A DNA stretch of 64,000 nt, taken from contig JADJLR010000008.1 of NCBI GenBank assembly GCA_016710015.1, positions 87,912-151,911 of the forward strand. Direction: 5' to 3'. Source of the stretch: Flavobacteriales bacterium (GTDB taxonomy: Bacteria; Bacteroidota; Bacteroidia; Flavobacteriales_F; PHOS-HE28). A model generated the notes under the pieces. It ran no database searches, was not told the origin of the DNA, and saw only the letters and a list, made by a program, of their open reading frames with translations. A program made the position numbers and the translations under genes. Of the stretch, positions 58,649 through 64,000 are shown one piece after another; position 1 is the first letter of the stretch, and every line of letters begins with the position of its first letter.

Positions 58649-59094
58649 GCCGTGCAAGGAACAAAGGTCCAGTGCTGGATGCCGCACAACCCAACCCGAC
58701 AGATGGACCGCGCTATTCCAAGGTCCAGTGATGGAACCAGCACATCACAGGATCGGTGCGTACAAAGAGTGTTTTGAACGTATCCCTGGAAATTCGCACT
58801 TCGAATTCGAGGCCGGATCCATTGTGGTGGCGTATCGCAGAAAGGGTAGGCGCGGATCGACCGCCACGGCGCGAAAATGGACGACCGGGTGCTTCCAAGA
58901 ACGTCGCCTTTCATTCCAAAGGCACTTGGAAGACATGGTCCCCAGTGAAATGCCAAGATCTCTCGGATCCGAGCCAAGTGGAATTCGCAACAATAGCTCG
59001 AAGCAGTTCATCTTAACGGGACCCTATGATGTCCCCGGTGTTACGGGTTGCGTCCGCCCAGGGAATGCGATCAAATCACCGCGCAGGACGCGGA

Positions 59095-59283
59095 CCCGGT
59101 CACAGCATGGTCGTGAACAGTGAACGACTGCTGAACGGAGAAATGCAACGCTTCAATTCGGGCGAGAACTCGCTCTTTCATGTGAACAGGCGGGAGGTCC
59201 CGTTGATCGAAACACGTTTGGGCAAAGCGCTTTTCGCCTTGGACCTCGATCCTGGGACACTTTGGGTCGTTCGGCAGCGATAG
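59095..59283 (+). pseudogene. degenerate remnant of a TolC-family gene 3' end
   Basis: GHSMVVNSERLLNGEMQRFNSGENSLFHVNRREVPLIETRLGKALFALDLDPGTLW aligns with the last ~65 residues of the TolC gene at 55110..56540 (VTNYSRLLSGESQRFSLGESSLFLVNGREVPLIESRLKQ...DHDAGTLW), with an internal deletion. Confidence 0.5.
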
Positions 59284-59352
59284 GGTCCGGCCCCGGATCG
59301 TCGTTCACGTCTGCCCGACACCCGCTCGGATGCCCAGTAAAGTGTTGTCCAC

Positions 59353-60216
59353 ATGATCGGGCTGGCACTGTACGATCACTTGTGTTTGCGTAGTGGCAGG
59401 TTCGTGTTACACGGCTTCCTCGTGCGATCGTTCACCGCCTTGTTGCGAACTTCCCGCCCACAAGCCATGTTCGCCGCCCTGTCACCACAGGCCTACGTCT
59501 ACCTCCGTTACCCGATGTTGTCCTCGGGTGAGACCATGCTGTACCGTACCGTGCAACATCTCTGTTTCACCGGTGCATTGAAGGTGCGTTATGATGATGT
59601 TCGGATCAGATCAGACCGGGACCGCACAGTAAGGCGACTGTATTTGCAGCGCGACCCAGCGATAGGCGCCGCCACACCCAGCGAAGAATTCGCACTCGGC
59701 TTTTTTCCGAAGGGCAAGAATCAGACACTCGCTGATGTGCGCCGTCGTTTCGAACGTGAGATCACCGATCACGAAGCCTTCAAATACGATCTACTTTTCC
59801 CGGAATTACGCGAGTCCGGCTTGCTATCCGCGAAGCATTGGCGCACCGCGGACGGACGGGCCGCGCTACAGCGCACACGCGACCTGGTGTTCACCGTGGA
59901 ACAGGACATCGGCCGGCGATTGGTCGGCGGATGGGAACGGTCGTTGAGGCATGTGCAGGCGCTGGGTAGCAGTATCGTGCTACTGAACGAGGATACCCGC
60001 GAAGAGCTGAAGCTTGGATCGCCCCGCAAAAAAGATCTGGTCGCGGTCTTTTCCATCCTCACCTACTTCGAGACCACGAGCACCACCTCGGGGTCCGATG
60101 GCTTTTATGGCGGTATGGGCGGTGGAGGTGGTTTCGGGGGAAGTGGCGGCGGAGGCGGTTTCGGTGGCTTCGGCGGGGGCGGCTTCGGTGTCGCCCTGTT
60201 GGGCATGCACGCCTAA
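59353..60216 (+). CDS. hypothetical protein with Gly-rich C-terminal tail (GGMGGGGGFGGSGGGGGFGGFGGGGFG)
   Basis: 287-aa ORF; globular N-terminal region of unknown family; start uncertain (MFAALSP or MLSSGETMLYRT possible). Confidence 0.4.
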   Translation: MIGLALYDHLCLRSGRFVLHGFLVRSFTALLRTSRPQAMFAALSPQAYVYLRYPMLSSGETMLYRTVQHLCFTGALKVRYDDVRIRSDRDRTVRRLYLQRDPAIGAATPSEEFALGFFPKGKNQTLADVRRRFEREITDHEAFKYDLLFPELRESGLLSAKHWRTADGRAALQRTRDLVFTVEQDIGRRLVGGWERSLRHVQALGSSIVLLNEDTREELKLGSPRKKDLVAVFSILTYFETTSTTSGSDGFYGGMGGGGGFGGSGGGGGFGGFGGGGFGVALLGMHA

Positions 60217-60329
60217 ATGAACACAACGAATTGATGGGGTTGTAGGAAGTATCGGAGCAAAACGACCTCCCCCTGATCCGGGTCCGCTCACCAGCAATGG
60301 GGGCCGGGCCCGCTCGTTCTGGGCCTGAT

Positions 60330-60575
60330 CCACAGAGAAGTGATCCGTACTCTGGTAGCGCCCGCTCTCCTCTTTCTGCAACGATCAGGATGTCGTTGGC
60401 CAAGCTGCTCGCTCCGAAGCGGAACCAATGGTTGCTCAACCACTCCTCACCAAGCTCTTCCTTCACCATCATCAGGTAGTGCAAGGTCTGCTTACTGGTA
60501 TGGGTGCCACCGGCGGGTTTCATGGCGATCATCTGCCCGGTCTTGAGGAAGGAGCTCATGTTGGGGACGGGACCG
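60330..60575 (-). pseudogene. partial duplicate of the deoC 3' end (~80% nucleotide identity to 61790..62020)
   Basis: Translates as ...TGQMIAMKPAGGTHTSKQTLHYLMMVKEELGEEWLSNHWFRFGASSLANDIL, against deoC ...TGEMIAMKPAGGIRTSKQALHYLMMVKEELGPEWLSNHWFRFGASSLANDIL. No upstream catalytic region. Confidence 0.55.
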
Positions 60576-60655
60576 TACGCCAATAAAAGCCTTTCAGTTC
60601 GAACGATGGCAAAGAAACGTTCTGCATAGATCACCTCGTGTTCCAGCTGCGAACA

Positions 60656-61771
60656 TCACACGACCGAACGGGATCGCGACGGGAACCAGCGCTCTCGTAA
60701 GTGAAGGAAGGGTCGTTCGATGAGGATGGATGTCACGAAGCCGGCCGCAACGCTGAGCGCTACGAAGACGACGAATTCGATCTCTGATCCCTTGAACCCC
60801 AAGCGTTCTGAACCCAATTCAACGACCAGCAGGACGAAGAGGTGCCACAAGTACGTGGTGTAGGAGATCGCACCCACCCAAGCCACGGGCCGCACCCACC
60901 ACTTTTGCAAGGCATGCGCTGCATTCAAGGGATCGGCAGTGACCGCCAGACCAAGGGCGATCGCACCAGCCAGATATATTCCGGTAAGTCCGAAGGTGTA
61001 CATGATGAAGGAGCCGAACGGAGTCAGGATCGTTGGGAGCAGCAACAGCACGATCGCTCCGATGAGCACCCAGCGATGCTCGCGAAAGAAGCGCTGGAAG
61101 CCTTCTGGCCGATACCGATGGATGGCCGCGAGCAGCACACCGCCCAACAGCGAATCCATGCGCAGATGGGTCGCATAGAAATGGGTGCGGACCTCGAACG
61201 GTCGACCCAGCCACGTGGCCATGCGCAAACCGAGGAAGAATAGGAAGAGCACGATGCAGGTGACGATCATCGCGCGTAGATCGAAACGCACTTTTCGCAG
61301 GATCACCAACGATGCGACGATCACCAAGGTGAAATAGAAGTGCTCTTCCACACCCAAGGACCAGGTATGCACCCAGAGACCTTCGTGGTAATTCTGGAAG
61401 AAGAAGATCTCCGCCACGTAGTTCATGATCGGGTCCGTGCGACCCGTGAGCAGCATTGCTCCGGCCGAAACGAGGATGAGCGCGTAGAACGAGGGATAGA
61501 TCTTGAATCCGCGCCGGATGAGGAAGTGCAAACCGCGGAATTCGCCGGTGCGCCTGTACTCGTCGAAGATCAAACCCGAAACGAGAAAGCCACTCAGCAC
61601 GAAGAACAGGTCCACGCCCATCCATCCGAAGTCATGCAACGGACCACCTACATCGTGATGGCGAAAAAGGACAAGGAGGACGGCGATCCCGCGAAGCATG
61701 TCCACCAACTCCCAACGTCGACCCTTTGTGCCGGGCGTGGATGTTCCCGACGGCGGTGGGTTGGTCATCAA
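60656..61771 (-). CDS. acyltransferase family 3 (OafA-like) membrane protein
   Basis: 371 aa, 10 TM helices. RHHDVGGPLHDFGWMGVDLFFVLSGFLVS motif of acyltransferase_3. Confidence 0.8.
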   Translation of the reverse strand: MMTNPPPSGTSTPGTKGRRWELVDMLRGIAVLLVLFRHHDVGGPLHDFGWMGVDLFFVLSGFLVSGLIFDEYRRTGEFRGLHFLIRRGFKIYPSFYALILVSAGAMLLTGRTDPIMNYVAEIFFFQNYHEGLWVHTWSLGVEEHFYFTLVIVASLVILRKVRFDLRAMIVTCIVLFLFFLGLRMATWLGRPFEVRTHFYATHLRMDSLLGGVLLAAIHRYRPEGFQRFFREHRWVLIGAIVLLLLPTILTPFGSFIMYTFGLTGIYLAGAIALGLAVTADPLNAAHALQKWWVRPVAWVGAISYTTYLWHLFVLLVVELGSERLGFKGSEIEFVVFVALSVAAGFVTSILIERPFLHLRERWFPSRSRSVV

Positions 61772-61774
61772 TGG

Positions 61775-62731
61775 TCAGTCAATGCTGAAATGATCCGCAC
61801 TCTGGTAGCGACCGTCGACTTCCTTCTGCAATTGCATGAGGATGTCGTTGGCCAAACTGCTTGCGCCAAAACGGAACCAGTGGTTGCTGAGCCATTCCGG
61901 GCCGAGTTCTTCCTTCACCATCATCAAGTAGTGCAGAGCCTGCTTGCTAGTGCGGATGCCACCAGCAGGCTTCATGGCGATCATCTCGCCGGTCTTCAGG
62001 TAGTGGTCGCGAATGGCGTGCAACATCACCAAGGTCACTTCCATGGTTGCGGCCGGGTTGATCTTACCGGTACTGGTCTTGATGAAATCGGCACCCGCTG
62101 CAATGGCGATGTCGCTGGCTAGACGCACCTTGTCGTAGGTGCCGAGTTCGCCTGTTTCGAGGATCACTTTGAGACGTGCGTCCCCGCATGCCTCTTTGAT
62201 CGCGGCGATCTCGTCGAAAACAAAGTTGTAGTCGCCACTGTGGAATTGCCCGCGACTGATGACCATGTCGATCTCGTCCGCCCCTTCGTTCACGGCGTAC
62301 TTGGTATCGGCGATCTTGACGGACTTCGGTGCTTGACCACTGGGGAAAGCCGTGGATACGGATGCGACCTTCACACCGCTATTGCCCAAGGCCTTCTTCG
62401 CCACCTTCACCATGGTGGGGTAGACGCAGATCGCGGCGACCGTTGGAAGACCCGGTAAGCTGTCGTGCAAGTGTATGCCCTTGTAGCACAATTGTTTCAC
62501 TTTGCTAGGCGTATCGGCACCTTCCAAGGTGGTCAGGTCGATCATGCTCAGGGCCAGTTCCATGCCCTGCACTTTTGCTTCCTTCTTGATGCTGCGTGCC
62601 TGGATCCGTGCCACGCGCTCCTCGATACCCACTTGGTCGACGGTGGGTGTGGTTCGTGGATCGGGCAGGTGAGACACGGTGCTGGTCTTTGTCGCCATGT
62701 TCCAAAGATACCCGGACTTACCAAGGCACAT
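61775..62731 (-). CDS. deoC: deoxyribose-phosphate aldolase (long form)
   Basis: MELALSMIDLTTLEG, AAICVYP, FIKTSTGK (Schiff-base Lys). Probable start MATKTST at 62698. Confidence 0.8.
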   Translation of the reverse strand: MCLGKSGYLWNMATKTSTVSHLPDPRTTPTVDQVGIEERVARIQARSIKKEAKVQGMELALSMIDLTTLEGADTPSKVKQLCYKGIHLHDSLPGLPTVAAICVYPTMVKVAKKALGNSGVKVASVSTAFPSGQAPKSVKIADTKYAVNEGADEIDMVISRGQFHSGDYNFVFDEIAAIKEACGDARLKVILETGELGTYDKVRLASDIAIAAGADFIKTSTGKINPAATMEVTLVMLHAIRDHYLKTGEMIAMKPAGGIRTSKQALHYLMMVKEELGPEWLSNHWFRFGASSLANDILMQLQKEVDGRYQSADHFSID

Positions 62732-62784
62732 GCAAAAGCCCCGTGTCGTCGATGCGACACGGGGCTTTCAACGCTTCCTGATCC

Positions 62785-63486
62785 CTAGCGGAGGGTGAAG
62801 CGGATCGGCAGGTTGTACTGCACGGTGACCGCCTTGCCACGCTGCTTACCGGGCTTCCAAGTCGGCATGGCGCGTACTACACGCATCGCTTCCTCATCGC
62901 ATCCGCCACCTATGCCGCGGAGCACTTTGGCATCGCTGATCTTGCCATCCTTACCCACTACGAATGTGACGTAGACCACGCCTGAGATCCCGGCATCCTG
63001 TGCCATTTGCGGATACTTGATGGACTTACCGAGGTACTTGAAGAGTTCGGCTTCGCCACCTGGGAACGCCGGCATGTCCTCTACGATGGTGAAGATCTGC
63101 TCCTCCTCGATGACCTCTTCGCGTTGTTGCACCTCCACTTTGGTGTCCTCCTTCACTTCCTCGTCGATCACCACCTTGTCCTCCACCTTGACCTCATCCT
63201 CCACGATCTCCAACACGGTGGTCGGTGCAGGTGGTGGTGGCGGTGGTGGCGGCGGTGTCGCGCTCGGCGGGATCACCTCTTCTTCCAAGAAATCCAACTG
63301 CAACGCACCCATGTCCTCGATCTTGTCTTCGAACGCGGTCCACTCGAACGCAACGAGCGTTACGGCCAATGCGGTAAGTACGCCAACAAGCATGAAACTG
63401 CTTTTGCGCTTCTCGAGATCGGCTTCCGGTGATTTCTTGGCTTCCATGATGGATCGTTTTCTTTCTGTACACCTCTCAGGTGTCAA
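62785..63486 (-). CDS. tonB: energy transducer TonB
   Basis: N-terminal TM anchor, PPPPPPPPPAPT proline spacer, C-terminal TonB domain ...GVVYVTFVVGKDGKISDAKVLRGIG.... Confidence 0.8.
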   Translation of the reverse strand: MTPERCTERKRSIMEAKKSPEADLEKRKSSFMLVGVLTALAVTLVAFEWTAFEDKIEDMGALQLDFLEEEVIPPSATPPPPPPPPPAPTTVLEIVEDEVKVEDKVVIDEEVKEDTKVEVQQREEVIEEEQIFTIVEDMPAFPGGEAELFKYLGKSIKYPQMAQDAGISGVVYVTFVVGKDGKISDAKVLRGIGGGCDEEAMRVVRAMPTWKPGKQRGKAVTVQYNLPIRFTLR

Positions 63487-63495
63487 GGTTCAAAA

Positions 63496-63891
63496 CTACG
63501 CAACCTCCCGATGTATTGTGTGCCGTTGCCTGTTCCAGCGCCGCCGGGTCCAGATCAGTCCCAGAACAGCGCCTACCGTGTTGGCCGTCAAGTCCACCCA
63601 ATCCCCTTGCCGCCCAAGGTCCGGGATCTCCTGTAGTACCTCCATGAGTCCTCCGTACGCAACGGATCCGAGACAGGCGGTCCAAAGGATCCGGCTTTCG
63701 GTCCAAGCTGCTCGTTCGCGCAGCCCGAATGCCAACAGCACGGCAAATACGCCGAAGATCAGGGCGTGAATGGCTTTGTCCACACTGAGCAGATCGGCCC
63801 ACTCCCATTCCGGCAAGGCCTTCCCGGGGGTCAAACAGAGAAATGCGATCAGCAACGCCCACGCGAGCGCTGCCAGCCGATAGTGGTGCAT
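63496..63891 (-). CDS. VanZ family protein
   Basis: 131 aa, 4 TM helices, HALIFGVFAVLLAFGL pattern of VanZ-like proteins. Confidence 0.65.
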   Translation of the reverse strand: MHHYRLAALAWALLIAFLCLTPGKALPEWEWADLLSVDKAIHALIFGVFAVLLAFGLRERAAWTESRILWTACLGSVAYGGLMEVLQEIPDLGRQGDWVDLTANTVGAVLGLIWTRRRWNRQRHTIHREVA

Positions 63892-63897
63892 CCCTTA

Positions 63898-64000
63898 GCC
63901 CAACAGGGCTTTGTACTGATCGGCGGTGAGCAAGCCCTCCACCTGTGCGGGATCACTTACCTCCACCTTCACCATCCAGCCTTTTCCGTACGGATCGGAA
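63898..64000 (-). CDS. gcvH: glycine cleavage system H protein, C-terminal end (rest beyond the window)
   Basis: ...SDPYGKGWMVKVEVSDPAQVEGLLTADQYKALLG* matches the conserved GcvH C-terminus (DPYG.GW..K....D...LL....Y..LL). Confidence 0.7.

Noticed and set aside
60819-63769. ORFs 60819..61625(-), 61340..62122(+), 63017..63769(+)
   Set aside because: Off-frame or antisense to the acyltransferase, deoC and tonB/VanZ genes respectively.
1-64000. Searches for CRISPR arrays, tRNA/rRNA genes, IS elements, integrases and transposases
   Set aside because: No regularly spaced short direct repeats, no tRNA-like T-loop/acceptor patterns, and no DDE/tyrosine/serine recombinase-like ORFs were seen. The only G/C-tract T-loop-like string is inside the poly-G artefact at ~51400.

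Overview
This 64-kb window is high-GC (~60%) chromosomal DNA, most likely from a Bacteroidota genome. Several secreted proteins end in T9SS C-terminal sorting domains, and the window starts inside a choice-of-anchor-L surface-protein gene. No rRNA, tRNA, CRISPR array, transposase or integrase was found.

Core content, in order:
- An M20 peptidase, a YyaL/DUF255 thioredoxin-domain protein, tsaB, and TolC-like and OmpA-family outer-membrane proteins.
- B12-dependent methionine synthase split naturally into a homocysteine-methyltransferase ORF and a core ORF. It is preceded by a clear SAM-I (S-box) riboswitch with a terminator.
- An S9 peptidase.
- The accessory half of a caa3-type cytochrome oxidase cluster: ctaB, two CoxIII-like genes, CoxIV, SCO1 and DUF420.
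- A glycan locus: cysQ, gmd, fcl, then Wzi-like / WecA-like GT4 / Wzi-like.
- Two tandem arsenic-resistance operons: arsR-arsC-acr3, and arsR-thioredoxin-arsP-fmdE-thioredoxin-ccdA-like.
- A TetR-controlled ABC/HlyD/TolC exporter, a TPR protein, an MscS-like channel, deoC, tonB, a VanZ-family gene and the 3' end of gcvH.

Accessory and unusual content:
- An insertion hotspot at the 5' end of a dihydrofolate-reductase-family gene. It carries an HTH-antitoxin/PIN-toxin pair and a small-protein + ClpP-fold serine protease module, bounded by repeated copies of the DHFR 5' end and a hairpin motif.
- A duplicated VOC-family gene flanking a T9SS arylsulfotransferase-like cargo gene.
- Decayed gene tails (TolC 3' end, deoC 3' end, DHFR 5' ends) flanking inserted genes.

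Assembly caveat: at least six genes carry single-base homopolymer frameshifts (YyaL, a repeat protein, TolC-like, metH twice, TetR). A ~175-bp poly-G/poly-C/poly-T low-complexity block near 51.24-51.41 kb obscures the TetR 3' end and the ALDH 5' end. I read these as sequencing artefacts rather than biology.
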